NCBI GenBank assembly: GCA_030704615.1
Contig: CM060733.1
Location: 45,012,001-45,076,000, forward strand
Length of the DNA: 64,000 nucleotides
Origin: Takakia lepidozioides
Taxonomy: Eukaryota > Plantae > Bryophyta
Reading direction: 5' to 3'
Within the stretch, counting starts at the first letter, position 1. Every line of letters starts with the position of its first letter. Below, piece by piece: positions 40,169 through 54,186 of the stretch. Under the pieces are notes generated by a model that saw only the letters and a program-made list of their open reading frames with translations, was not told the origin of the DNA and did not search any database. A program made the translations under genes and the position numbers.

Positions 40169-40544
40169 TGGTCGGTCATATTTTCACTTCACTTTCATTT
40201 CACTTTCATTTCACTTTTATCATTCCTGGAGCATATATAAATGATGAGTGTCACCAGGCTCATCACTTCTTTCGGCGCAAACACTTGAGGTTGTTTTGGA
40301 TGTTTTCTTCCATTGAATGATAGTGTAGCCCAAGAGGAGGGTGCGCACTTTTTGCCGTTGTGGCTTCCACCAAAGCCACTTCAGCAGAGTATGTATAAGC
40401 TCAATACTACAACGTGCATCGACCCACTCGGGTTGGAGACAAGTGTAGAAGTGTTGGGCTGTCACATTGCACTCTACATTCACATGTTCATATATAGGTC
40501 ACTGTTTTCTTTGCTTACATCACTAGGGCCTATGGAAGTGGATG

Positions 40545-42240
40545 ATGATGGAAGAATGAAGCCCTTGGTATACGGTAATCCCGAACACTGTCAGTGCTAC
40601 TAAAACTGTTGGGTGCAACCTATGCGGATTGCAGCTTTTTTATCGTAAGGATCGGTTATTCGCTCACCTCGGCTATAGAGGTGTGAGCAATGTGGTGGGT
40701 TTATGCTCTAAAGCATCTATGCGGATAAAAAGTCACTTTGCCCAATGTGGAGGCAAAATTCCAATGTCTCTGGATCTTGACACGACCTCTGAACAAAACA
40801 CTATATCTTCTCGTCAGGATGCCCCGATTAGTACCCAAGGGGACACTTGTGAGGCTTCAGGTATCCTTGGACAAGTGGGTTGTGCCAGAACAATACATGC
40901 TTCAACACCTCTTTGTACCCCTACACTTCAACAGAGTAGATGATTACGACAACAATCCATGCATGAAGACCTTAACTTATCTGCGAAAAGGCAGTTGGAT
41001 AAAAAATGGACACAGTTTTTCTTCGAGGCCAACATATCGTTTAATGTGGCTTGCAAGGCTTCCGGCATTTGTTTCTGCCATTAGAGCAACCTCGGAGTCC
41101 AAATCCACGTACGTACATCCTTCTTATCACAATCTCTGTATAGATTTGCTAGAAGATGCCATGACATAGCTTACACAAAAGGTCAACAATAGTAATGGAC
41201 GAGTTTCTAAGAAAATATGGGAGCACTATATGTGCCGAGGGATGGTGTTCTGTTACAAACAGACCATTGTTCAATGTCATGCTCGTATGTTCAGCTGGGG
41301 AATAGTTCTTGGGATTAGTGGACACTAGTGGCGAAAAAAAAGATGAACGTTATCAATGTGGGCTATTGACGGACTTCATCGAACATGTCGGAAATAATAT
41401 AATCGTGCAAATATGCACGGATAATGCCACTAACATGATGAACACTACAGACATGTTATTGACACGATATCCCCATATGTACTACCAGGGATGTGCAGCT
41501 CATATCCTTGACATCATTTTGGAAGATTGGGGAAAAAAATAGTGGATGAAACAATTTGTGCGGCGAGCGAAGACCGTTGTATCGTTCATCCGCACACACC
41601 ACATCCCTTTGACAATATATAGGAGACATGAACCAAAATATAGCCTCCGAAATCCAGACGAAACCCGTTTTGTTACTAACTTCTTAATGGTAGATCGGTT
41701 GGTGACGGTGAAGAGCAGTCTCAAGCACACCGTCATCGATCCTCAACGGGAGGCGTACACACGGACATTGCGGGACTCGAGAAAAGCCAAGTAATTGGGC
41801 AAAAGGCAAGACAATTAGCACCGACTCTACTATGTAAATAAAATTCTCACATTTCTTCCTGAAATCATCGTTGTGAATGGTGTTGTGAACCTTTCGGCGG
41901 GAGTTTGATGGAAAGCAACCAGTAATGGGCAACGCATAGTTACTAATGCAAAATCTAGAGAAGCATGTCCAATCCCTGAGGCATCATCATTTTTCCTTGG
42001 AACCTGAGCTTGCGGACAGTGTTGAGGATGAATTTTACGAGCGTCGGTCAATGGTCCAATCCGGCATGAAAAGCATTGGTACCCGGATATAGCTCTCTCT
42101 GTCATGTTTAAAAGAGCCAGTCGCATGAGCACCCGTACAAGGCCGACCTTGGTATCATTGTCGAGCAAGAATGGATTGAGCAAAGCCCCCAACGCATGAG
42201 CAGCTTATGAATATGCCAAACTGCGTGGTTATAACGAGTT
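40545..42240 (+). mobile_element. hAT transposase pseudogene, copy 2 (third partial copy at 44551-44930)
   Basis: QICTDNA..YQGCAAHILDIILEDWGK; ETRFVTNFLMVDRL. Confidence 0.9.
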
Positions 42241-43760
42241 ATGCGAAGCCCGTGTAGGTACATTGGTTGAGGGGGTGAGGCTAGGTCTCACACACCTGGT
42301 GGGAAATATTCCACATATTCCAAAAGATTATTGAGAATATGCTATTGTGAAACCCAAATGCGCTCACACGGTAAGAAATACGAAACTATTTGAAAACTGT
42401 GCTTATGCAAAAAAATTCATGAAATTAGCACAATGACCCACAAACATATCTGCCAGAACTCAAAGATCAGTGCACGTAAACAATGTGGTATTTGATAACA
42501 TTGTGTTTAGAACATCCCCAATAACCACCCAAAAAATGGGTTTTGTCGGCGAAATGCAAATGGGTTTTTGCCTAGTTTCGCCAGCAAAAGGTTTGAACTA
42601 TCTGACAGGTGCATGTGCATTCTGCTCTTCACGTTTAAGTTATATTCAGATTCGATGTATCCCCTATTAACGCAGTAAAGTCCCTATGTCCGCCTATTAT
42701 TTGTTTTTATGCTGATGTACATATCACCCCCATAACTGTTGATTCTGCTCACGCGGCCGTTTTTTTGTGCTCGCGTCGTTTCTCTTAACTCAGTGCTCGC
42801 GCAATACCAACCCCTGACAATGTCTATCAAAAACACAATGCTTAAGTGTATTAACTAATTCATTACAGGAACAATAAGAATTTATTAGACCATTATTAGG
42901 CAATTTTTGGTGGATTAGGTTGTTACACGTGGTATCAAAAACACAATGCTTAAGTGTATTAACTAATTCATTACAGGAACAATAAGAATTTATTAGACTA
43001 TTATTAGGCAATTCTTGGTGGATTAGGTTGTTACACGAGTGTTGACAATGTCTGTCAAGAAGACACGAGTCTGGTATATTGCACAACAAGAATTAATAAC
43101 TTACTATTGTACATATAAATTAGGTGGTATATGTGCAGGTTAGGTTGCACTAAAGAGTGTGTTGACAATGCCGAGGTTGGGTAGCATGTGAGCAGGCTCA
43201 CGCTAGCGGGCGTGAACACAAATAAATATTCCGCATATTCCAAAATATTCTTGGGAATATGCTATTGTGAAACCCAAATGCGCTCACACGGTAAGAAATA
43301 CGAAACTATTTGAAAATTGTGCTTATGCGAAAAAAATTCATGAAATTAGCACAATGACCCACAAATATATCTGCCAGAACTCAAAGATCAACGCACGTAA
43401 ACAATGTGATATTTGATAACATTGTGTTTAGAACATCCCCAATAACCACCCAAAAAATGGGTTTCGCCGGCGAAATGCAAATGGGTTTTGCCTAGTTTCG
43501 CCAGCGAAAGGTTCGAACTATCTAACAGGTGCATGTGCATTCTGATCTTCACGTTTAAGTTATATTCAGATTCAATGTATCCCCTATTAACGCAATAAAG
43601 TCCCTATGTCCGCCTATTATTTATATTTTTGCTGATGTACATATTACCCCTATAACCGTTGATTCTGCTCACGCGGCCGTTTTTTTTGTGCTCACGCCGT
43701 TTCTCTTAACTCAGTGCTCGCTCGATACCAACCCCTGACAATGTCTATTAAAAACACAAG

Positions 43761-43965
43761 ACTGCCCTGGTGGACATGTATGCCAAATGTGAGTGCATTG
43801 AGGATGCAAAGGGAGTGTTCGACAGTATGGTTGAATGACATGTGGTGTTGTGGAGTGTGATGAATGCAAGATATATACAGCAAGGGCGCGAGATGGAGCC
43901 TTTGGAGACCTAGGGGCAAATGACGAGAAGCTGTGGAATGATTACTTTTCTGATCCTAGTCAATG
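43761..43965 (+). pseudogene. PLS-class PPR gene fragment
   Basis: TALVDMYAKCECIEDAKGVFDSMVE*HVVLWSVMNARYIQQG..E.LET*GQM. Confidence 0.85.
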
Positions 43966-45285
43966 GTGGGACTATGTGATGCAATGTAGTTGAACATATG
44001 CCACAGTGGTGATTTGTAAATAGAGTTCTTCAATTGTAGGAATACTAGTGGACTGCTGCCCCTGTGTGGGCTTGGGTTTTGGGACTTGTAGCCTTTGAGG
44101 CTTGGTTATCTATCCATGTGGCCTTTCAGGCTTCTTGAATGCTCATTGTAGAGCCTCTGTGGCATCCATGGGAACATTTTTCCTATTGGTTTTTTGTTGG
44201 ATAATCGACATTCCAGAGACAATCTGTGTATTTGTGTGAAATTCTTTCATTCAATTAAATATATTGCTTTGTATATTGAAACATATCTTATATCAAAACG
44301 ATAAATAAATTTTACATGAAATTAATAAATAAAATAACATTTAATGGTTTTATAAACTAATCGAATAAAAACACGTAGTAGATGACCTACCAGAACCAGT
44401 ACAAACCTATAGTGATAGAGTCGTATTTGTAGTCATGAAATATGCCACATGCTACCCTGCCTGATGTAGTGAGTAGTGATATAGTCATAAGTGTAGTCAT
44501 AAGATACAGTCATGTAGTCATATACATCCGGGGGGTCACGTGAAATCTCTCCGGTGCTAATTGTCTTGCGGGAGTTTGACGGAAAGCAACCAGTAATGGG
44601 CAAGGCATGGTTACTAATGCAAAATCTAGATAAACATGTCCAATCCCTGAGGCATCATCATTTCTTTTTGGAACCTAAGCTTGCGGAGAGTGCCGATGAT
44701 GCATTTTATGAGCGTCGATCAATGGTTCAATCCGGCATGTCCTTGAAAAGGTCGCGGCGATCTGAAAAGCATTGGTACTCGGATATAGCTCTCTCTGTCA
44801 TGTTTAAAAGAGCCAGTCGCATGAGCACTCGTACAAGGCCGACATTGACATCATTGTCGAACAATAATGGATTGAGCAAAGCCCCCAACGCATGAGCAAC
44901 TTATGAATATGCCAAATTGCGTGGTTATGTCAAGTTATACGAAGCCCGTGTAGGTACATTGGCTGAGGGGGTGAGGCCAGGTCTCACACACCTGGTGGGT
45001 ATATGAGCATAGTGGACACTTCGGGGATGCGTATAATCATGGTCAGAATATACGCTTGCGTTGGTGGCCCATATAGTGGGCGTATTTGAATTTGAGGGTT
45101 TGTCGTATTTGTGCATCCTTAGTAGCTTTGGTGAGCCAAAAATAATTATACAGCTTTATGGTGAAGGACATTGGATATTTGTGTCCATTTTTTGATGTGG
45201 ACTTTGGTGCGGCTTATAGACGCCAGAGCTTGTTAGTTAGCTTCCCGGGTGAGAATGTTCGATAGATTACATATTGGGCGGGGGT

Positions 45286-45322
<37 letters not shown>

Positions 45323-48013
45323 GGTACAGGGTGCATCAGCCAAACTGGGTGAGTATGCGATATGGATGGGCTCGTCCGTGGGGGTTTTAGTAATTTATTA
45401 GCTTATTATTAAGAAATTTTAGGTGGGTTAGATTGGTAAGTGTGTGTTGATAATGTCCATGACGAACACACAAGTGACTCAGGTGTATATTTTAACTAAT
45501 CAAGACTCAATTGCATTAACAATAATAATATATTTTAATTTATTATTGGGCATCTAAATTAGGTGGTGACTTTGTACAAGTTAGGTTGCACTAAGTGTGT
45601 GTTGACAATGTCTGTTAAGAACGCAATGCTCAGGTGTATTAACTAATTCATTACATGAACAAGAATTTATTAGCTTATTATTAGATAAAATTAGGTGGGT
45701 TAGGTTGGTAGGTATGTGTTGAGAATCTCTATTAAGAACACACAAGTGACTTAAGCGTATTACCTAATCAATTGCATGAACAACAAGAATTACTAACTTA
45801 TTATTGGACATACAAATTAGGTGATATATGTGCAGGTTAGGTTGCACTAAAGAGTGTGTTGACAATGCCGAGGTTGGGTAGCATGTGAGCAGGCTCACGC
45901 CAGCGGGCGTGAGCACAAATAAATATTCCATATATTCCAAAAGATTCTTGAGAATATGTTATTATGAAACCCAAATGCTCTCACACGGTAAGAAATACGA
46001 AACTATTTGAAAACTGTGCTTATGCGAAAAAATTCATGAAATTAGCACAATGACCAAGAAATATATCTTCCAGAACTCAAAGATCAGCGCACGTAAATAA
46101 TGTGGTATTTGATAACATTGTGTTTAGAACATCCCCAATAACCACCCAAAAAATGGGTTTCGTTGGCGAAATGCAAATGGGTTTTTGCCTAGTTTCGCCA
46201 GCAAAAGGTTCGAACTATCTGACACGTGCATGTGCATTCTGATCTTCACGTTTAAGTTATATTCAGATTCGATATACCCCCTATTAACGCAGTAAAGTCC
46301 CTATGTCCGCCTATTATTTGTATTTTTGATGTACATATTACCCCCATAACCGTTGATTCTGCTCACACGGCAATTTTTTTTGTGCTCACGCTGTTTCTCT
46401 TAACTCAGTGCTCGCGCGATACCAACCCCTGACAATGTCTATCAAAAACACAATGCTTAAGTGTATTAACTAATTCATTACAGAAATAATAAGAATTTAT
46501 TGGACTATTATTAAGCAATTCTTGGTGGATTAGGTTGTTACACGTGTGTTGACAATGTCTGTCAAGAACACACGAGTCTGGTTATTAACTAATCAATTGT
46601 GCGAGCAATATGATTATGCTTATTATTGGGCATATAAACTAGGTGGTCACTATGTACACATTAGGTTGCTAAATATGTGCTGACAATGTGTGTCAAAAAA
46701 CACAATGTGCTCAGGTGTATTAACTAATTCATTACAAGAACGACAAGACTTTACTAGCTTATTATAAGGCAAATTAGGGTGGGTTAGGTTTGTAAGTGTC
46801 TGTTGACAATGTTTGTCAAGAATATGCTCATAAAAATACACTTAGGTACATTAACTAATTTGTTATATGAACACCAAAAAATCTACCCGTTTACTATTGG
46901 ATATATTTGGGTGGTCATTCTACGTAGGTTAGGTTGCTAGGGGTGTTTACAATGTCTATCGAAACACACTCATGTGTATTAATTAATCAAATATAATAAC
47001 AATACAAATCTACTAATTTGTTATTGGGCATATTTAGTGGGGTCAATGTGTGCAAGTTTGGTAGTAGAGTTTTTTTAAGTTACTTGATATGTGTGTTTAA
47101 TAATGTCAAGTACACACTCACATGTTAATTAAGTTTTACGGAGGTTACAGATAGCTTATTATTGCGCATATTTAGTTGGTCATTATTTGCATGTTTAATA
47201 GCAAATTTTGTAAGTTTGCACATTGCTATGAAGAACACATGAGTCACAGTTTAGGCATTGAGTAACAGGGCTTTAGGGTCTAATTCTAAATAATAATGAT
47301 TAATGGTTTAGGGTTTAACTCTAAGTGTTAAATAGGTACATGAACAACAACATATTATCATATTATCATGCATTAGATGGTATTTTGTAAAGGTCTTATA
47401 GCATTTCTAATCGTGTGTTGACAATAATTATGTCTAGAAAATAACTATAGACAGTCACATGTTAATTAGTTACAGAAACAACAACTAGGTTGCACAAAAT
47501 GACGTGATGTGACGTGACGTGAATATTCCAAAATATTTGAAGAATAATGATGCAAATTGACATAAGGATGCGGAGTCATGATGTAACTTATGACGTAATG
47601 CTCAATCACTATTTCGTCTAGAGAGAGTCATTTTGTGCAACCTCGAGTTCGACAAGATACCATTTTATTGAAATTTTTTAAAGTGATGTCACATGATCAA
47701 TGATATGAGCAGCCTAACTGGTACCAAATTTGCTAGTACATCCAATGAATCAATTAAAACTCTCAAACTTGTCAACATTGACATTTTGACGCGAACTATA
47801 ACATCAATCATGTTATAAATATAACTATATCTTAATTGTATGGACCCCTTTGACAATCAAGTTAAGCCCTTTGGGCTGGAGTTAAATTTGCTTCTGCAAG
47901 AGTCATTCTCTTCTTTCTTCTCCCACTACAAGCACATGAGTGTAATATTGAATCTAAGTATTAATTCGAATATATCAACTCACTTTCTTCTTTTCCGTGT
48001 ATGTGTATGTACA

Positions 48014-49489
48014 ATGACGAGAAGACAAGGTTTTTCTGCCATACCACAACTTGGAAATGATATATTATTGTTCACTTTTGTTTTACCAATCATCATTATT
48101 GGATGTCTCTCCCTATTATCTGCAGCGTCTGATGATTACAACGCACACTTGCAGAATTATTTGAATTACCCCATTACATTTACTTGCGAATTTGATGATC
48201 CTGCTCAGACGACCTGAACTCTCCATATGATTCATAAATATCGCCTCATAATTTATCTTGCTCATATTGAAAAGTTCTCTAACAAGTTGTACATGATTGC
48301 ATTTAGGCCAATTCATTGTTATATTTGCATAATAATGCATTCTCTATTTCAACCCTTAAGTGCTCATTTAGCCTATTTTGGGCCATTGTTTTACTGGTAT
48401 GGTTTTCTTATATTTCAATCAATTGATCCAAGCTTTGAGCTGCTGATGCCATGGAATCCAATACGTGATTTGTAGGATTTTTTTTATTAGCGTTTTAATT
48501 TCCCCAATCAAAGAAAGGGAAATTTCGTTTGTGGTGTGAGAATTTTAACATCTCCGAAACATGAAAAAACTCTCCTCTTACATAAGAAAATGTCTCTTCC
48601 ACACTGACCCCCAATCTGGTTTGACCAAGTGTCATTACACCATCTTTTGCCGAGAATGCATTTTTTTTTCTTGGATAGGATGCAACATCCTACCAAAGAT
48701 GAATTGGGAGTAGATTCAGCTAATTTGGAAATCATCTCATCACCCAAATCGAAATCCCATTTGTAATTTTGATGTGCGCCCAAAAATAGGCCGCCCGCAA
48801 CGGTGGGTTTTTCTCAATTTTCACCTGAATGCCTTATAGATTGGCAAATCCCTTTAGCAGGTATATATGCACATAATGTGCGGTCAGAATTTTGAAATGG
48901 TGTTTTTTTCTCAAAATGAGAAGGTTTTTTTCAGGGATTGGGTTTTTGAAAGAAAAAAAATTGGCTACTGGGCGCTTAAGGGTTAATGATGGAGGCTAGA
49001 GTTGATGAACTACTATATCTTCATGATGTACAGTTTTTTACTTTATATGGTTTATAATAATTATTATTATCATTTTCTCCAAAACATATTTTCTAATTCA
49101 TTTTGGATCACTATGTTTTTTTCCCTCTTTTAAGAACACAAATCAAAATTTCAATAGTAAGTTAGATATTGTAAACCCCGTAATTTGTAGCTCTTGTACA
49201 AGCAAAATTACAGCTTCACTGCATCTCCTAATGATGACTTCAATCTTGAGCATTGCAGACTTTAGTTCCACGTACAGCATCTGATATCGTTATTAGGTGG
49301 GGGACTTCGATGATGTTGATTTGTACGGGTACATATACCAATTCGGCAGGGAATACTTACACTCACAGATGGCAAGTCGCTGCAAGCTGGTACCGAGGAG
49401 AATCAATTACTTGGAAAATCATTCAAAGTGGTGCTTGTATGTTTCATGATGATGACACACAACGTTGTTGACTAAATTGGATTTGGTAG
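48014..49489 (+). pseudogene. SPH-like gene, copy 2, inactivated
   Basis: The splice donor is deleted (ACGACCTGAACT, stop at 48215-48217) and exon 2 carries CGA>TGA (49469-49471). Confidence 0.7.
48353..48982. mobile_element. piggyBac-like MITE, copy 2
   Basis: TCAA|CCCTTAAGTGCTCATTTAGCC...GGCTACTGGGCGCTTAAGGG|TTAA, with ~135 bp of extra internal sequence. Confidence 0.7.
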
Positions 49490-50761
49490 TGAACCATGTG
49501 ATATCTAGATTCAGATGTGAAAAATAGAGTGATGGTGGTCTTGTTGAAAAACAAATAGGGATGAATTAGAAGGTACAGCCATGAAGCACAAGAAATGTTA
49601 TATATGATCATCTACAGATTACTACTTTCACTCAAGTGGGGATGGGGCTCGAGGTGCATGTAACGATGTCTGACTAGTGGTAGCACATGATGCGAGGCAT
49701 GCACTTAGAGCATGTTTTAGGAAATCACTTTTTATCAAAATCCGGACTTTCAAGAAGTCTGGATATAATGAAATACGAAGCTAATGCGAGTTACTATGGA
49801 GACAAAAATTTAAAATGAATGTAATCGAGTATATTTTTATTATATGATGAACATCATTATCATATAAAATTAATTATTAAAAACATGTATCCATTTTTCT
49901 ATATTCAATTTCCACCTTGACTGGGAATTCGAGCTCATTCATATTTATGTTTGTAGAAAAAAAGGTAATATATTTAATCTTTGAACACTTAGAGCATTGA
50001 TGTAACATTCCATCTACACAATATTATGATAAGTATCCCAAAGTAGTACCAAACACAAAATGATGTCTTTGAATCACAAAAGATGTCTATTTTTCATTCG
50101 AAAAATGAAGCCATGATTGGTACTCACACATTAATATGTCTTGTACCATGTACTGATACATACATATGAATATCATCTTATTAAAATAGAAAATGTATTT
50201 CAACATAAAGATGACTTGGACCATACTATTCTAGATTTATTTTGTTTATACTACAAGACAATGTTCGGGAGTAACTTGCTACCAAGATTCGTAAGATGTT
50301 GAGTTAGATCGTCCTTGCAATACGATTCATTTGCAAGACGATTATCATGCAGAAGAGGTATAACTCTATGTCGTCGTCTACTTATAGTACATTGGTTCGA
50401 TGTACACTTGCCAATGTGAAGATGACTAAGAAGAATCAGATTAATATAATGAGTCCTGATGCTAGTAGAGGTGGTTCTATTCTCGCCATGGTGGAACATA
50501 ATACCATCCGAATTAACACTAGCAACCACACTGCGTGAAATTGAAGATCCAGATGTGCAAATGAGCGGGATTCCGACTTCCACAATCCAATTGAGGTCTT
50601 CTTTTGTCGCATGATGCTTCGCAATTCTTCATCATGATCCACTGATAAATAAATAAAAAATGAGACACTAAGTCATCCTAATCGAATTCGAAGTACCATG
50701 AAGCCATGAATGAATTGAAAATTAAAAATTAAAAACATTATCATGATCACCAAAAGCAAAT

Positions 50762-51750
50762 TGATTTAGTTGACTTCGTAGTATTTTAGCAAATTGGTCG
50801 CTCTTCAGTGCTTCCTGAATCTCCTTTATGATCTCTGCATCGTCATAGGTGGACATGGATAGCATATTCAATTAGAGATTTGCTGGTTTTAAGATGATGG
50901 ATTTCTGTTGGTTGAAAACTGCGTCCCTTTCTTTTAACGCAAGATACGATCGTCGAGAAAGAGCATCTGGTTTTCCTTGAAGATGGGACGGTAGCTAACA
51001 ACAAAATCAAACCTTGCTAGTGACATACTCCATCTCGCTTGATGTCAATTCAAAACATGAGCACTTATAAAATACTCGAGGTTTTTGTGATCGGTGTAGA
51101 TATTGACCTGATGTTTAGCTCCCTCCAATAAATGACGTCACTATTCAAAAGCATCGATAATTGCCAGAAGTTCTTTGTCGTGGATATCATAATTGATCTC
51201 CGCAGCGAAAAATTTGCGAGAACGAAAACCAACAGGATGAAGTCGGCCATCCGTGCCATATTAAAAGAGTACAACGTCAAGTGCAAAGTCCGATGCATCT
51301 GCTTCCGAAAAGAATGGTTTAGATGGGTCTGCTTGTACCAGTATTGGAGCCGTTGTAAATGTCTGCTTTAGTCTTTCAAATGTCTGGTCAGCCTTCTCGT
51401 CCTATACAAATTTGTTCTTCCCTGTGATTCGTGTCAATGGTGCAACAATTTTGGAATAGTCATCGATGAAGATTCTATAGAAATTTGCAAATTCCAGAAA
51501 ACATTGTAGATCTCGAACCGAAGTTGGTTCAATCCACTCGATAATGGTTTGTATTTTCTTCTAATTCATAAAGACATCTTTGTTGAAAATAATGTAGCCC
51601 AAAAATTTGACCTCAAACTGATGGAAAAGACATTTTTCCAACTTGGCATATAGTCATCTTTCTCTTAATTTATCAATGACAAGACATACATGGCCACCAT
51701 GTTCTTCTGCATTCTGTGAAAATATCAAGATGTCGTCCAAATAGATGACT
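50762..51750 (-). mobile_element. Gypsy RT/RNase H remnant
   Basis: YLDDILIF; CFLEFANFYRIFIDDYSKIVAPLTRIT; EADASDFAL; [14 protein letters not shown]; WSMSLARFDFVV..GKPDALSRRSY. Confidence 0.9.
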
Positions 51751-52111
51751 ACTCTGTATGTTGCAGTGACACTTCTGCAATGGTACCATTCTGTGTTGTT
51801 CATATAATGAATTAGTCAATGCAACTGAGCATTGTGTTCTTGACAGAAGAACACAATGGTTGTTTGGCTCTTCGGCTACACCGAGACACATCGTCAAACC
51901 GAGACACCAAGGAACCCCCTTCCCCCACCCCCTTACCAGCCGGGACTCAAGAATCACCAAAAAGAATTATTTGATCCAAGACCCCTTTAAAATATCATAC
52001 CATTAGGTAATCCCACTTTTCTTTATCCGCTGGTCCAAAGTCTGCCCCTGGCCACGTGGCGTGGCGCCACAGGCCGAGACAGGGCCGGACTAGCGGTTCG
52101 TGCCCAGCGGT

Positions 52112-52310
52112 CACTGTTCGGTGGCAATCTTACTCAACTACAATCCAAGGCAGGAGTTCCAAAGCCTCTGACTGCCCAGTGTATGAAACTAAGAAGCTCG
52201 GTGCTATGGAACCTATGGAAAGGACGTTGTGCATGGGCCCTCAACAGTAACACACCTCTGCTACAGCACTCCTTACTTTAGTTTTCTTTGATCTAACTAT
52301 GGCTGCTAAA
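52112..52310 (+). mobile_element. Short LINE C-terminal fragment
   Basis: RSSVLWNLWKGRC, homologous to SVLWHLWKVR and GLWHIWKARC. Confidence 0.5.
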
Positions 52311-53103
52311 TCAGCTTGGGCATTGTTGTGTGCAGACGTCGCAAGGAAGCCATAGCGCCAGCCAACCCTCCTCCATACCTTCCGAGCGACATGGGGCAAG
52401 CATGGGATCATTTGTTGCTGCGCTCATGACCTCACCTGTGTATGGGCAGATAGAATCTCCTCCTGCTGGCAGGGACATAGAGGCTACCTCTTTGGCTTCC
52501 CCAGAATTTGAAAGGTATGAGGTTAATTGGGAACACGTCCGCCCGTCTTCAGCAGCGCGTCTTCACTTTTTTAGATAAAGTCTCGGTTCTTTTCCTTGCT
52601 AGCTTCAGCGTTGCCTTCACTCTCCAGATCGCTCCACCCCTCCCCTTCTAGCTTCTTGCTCCCAGTTCTTGCTACCCTCGACCCTCCCCTTGGGGGTTCC
52701 CTGTTCCTCCGTTCTGTCCGCTCTCCGTCCTCACCAAGGGCTAGAGCTTCCGCTGCCTTCTCCCTAGCTTCTATGATTATCGCACGGTTTCATTAGTGCC
52801 CCCGTACTACAGCTATGTAATTGGTCATGCTGTGTTCCTTTTTTTTGTTTTGTTTTCTTAGAAACAGGGGATGGAGGCGCTGTGTTTCATTGAGGCTGCA
52901 AGCCTCCTACTGTAATGGTGTCTTTTTTCTTAAACAGAACAGGGGATAGTGGCCCTGGAATGTTATTAATGGAAAGAACTAAAGAAGCAAAGAAGTGTTG
53001 TCTGCCATTTTCACACGTTTGCCTCTCTGTGTCTGTTCGCCTGTTGTCGTGCGGGTGGGCGTGGGTTGGAAGATCTTGCCATCCTCTCTGGAAGAGCTTG
53101 CAA

Positions 53104-54186
53104 ATGAAGGCCTTGATACTTGTGGGTGGGTTCGGAACCAGGCTGCGGCCGCTGACGTTGCGCGTGCCGAAGCCCCTGGTGGATTTCGCCAACAAACCCA
53201 TGATTCTTCACCAGATTGAGGCACTGAAGGAAGCTGGAGTAGACGAGGTTGTTCTGGCTATCAATTATCAGCCAGAGGTGATGATGAATTTTCTAAGGGA
53301 CTTTGAGAAGAAGTTGGGTATGAAGATTACATGCTCACAAGGACAGAGCCAATGGGCACAGCTGGCCCACTGGCCTGGCCAGAGACAAGCTGGATGATGG
53401 ATCTGGTGAGGCCTTTTTTGTGTTGAACAGCGATGTCATCAGCGATTACCCTTTGAAGCAAATGATTGAATTCCACAAAAAAGCATGGAAGCGAAGCTAC
53501 AATTATGGTCACTAAGGTGGATGAGCCTTCCAAGTATGGAGTGGTGGTGATGGAGGAAACGACAGGCAGGGTGCAGAAATTTGTTGAGAAACCGCAGGAA
53601 TTTGTGGGAAACAAAATCAATGCGGGTATCTATCTTTTGAGTCCAAAAACCCTTCATCGGATTCAGCTCCGGCCAACCTCAATTGAGAAAGAGGTATTTC
53701 CAAAAATTGCGATTGACAAAAAGCTATATGCCATGGTGTTACCAGGGTTTTGGATGGACATAGGCCAGCCCCGGATTACATCACCGGCCTCCGGCTGTAC
53801 CTTGATTCCCTCAGCAGGCAGGCACCAGCAATGCTAGCCTTGGGGTCATCTTACCTGGGGAATGTGATTGTGATGAGAGTGCCCAAATCGGAGAAGGGTG
53901 CTTGATTGGGCCAGATGTTTCCATTGGTCAAGGCTGTGTGATCGAGGCAGGAGTTCGGCTCTCTCGCTGTACAATCATGAGGGGTGTGAGAGTCAAGAAG
54001 CATGCTTGCATTTCAGGTAGTATAATTGGCTGGCACTCCACAGTTGGACAGTGGGCTCGCGTCGAGAACATGACTGTGCTGGGAGAGGATGTCCATGTCT
54101 GTGATGAAATCCTCAGCAATGGAGGTGTGGTGCTACCTCACAAAGAGATCAAGACCAGCATCCTCAAGCCTGAAATTGTCATGTGA
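53104..54186 (+). pseudogene. CYT1: GDP-mannose pyrophosphorylase, copy 2, about five 1-bp indels
   Basis: Intact N-terminus [37 protein letters not shown]; indels at ~53341, 53375, 53480, 53773 and 53872. Confidence 0.93.

Noticed and set aside
45287-45318. Poly-G/C tracts (also 8166-8187 and 11202-11214) as G-quadruplex signals
   Set aside because: Lengths differ widely between duplicate copies, consistent with slippage or sequencing noise.
52915-53103. In-frame 63-aa N-terminal extension of GMP
   Set aside because: Not maintained in copy 1; family members start at MKALILVGG; the region looks like leader or intron.
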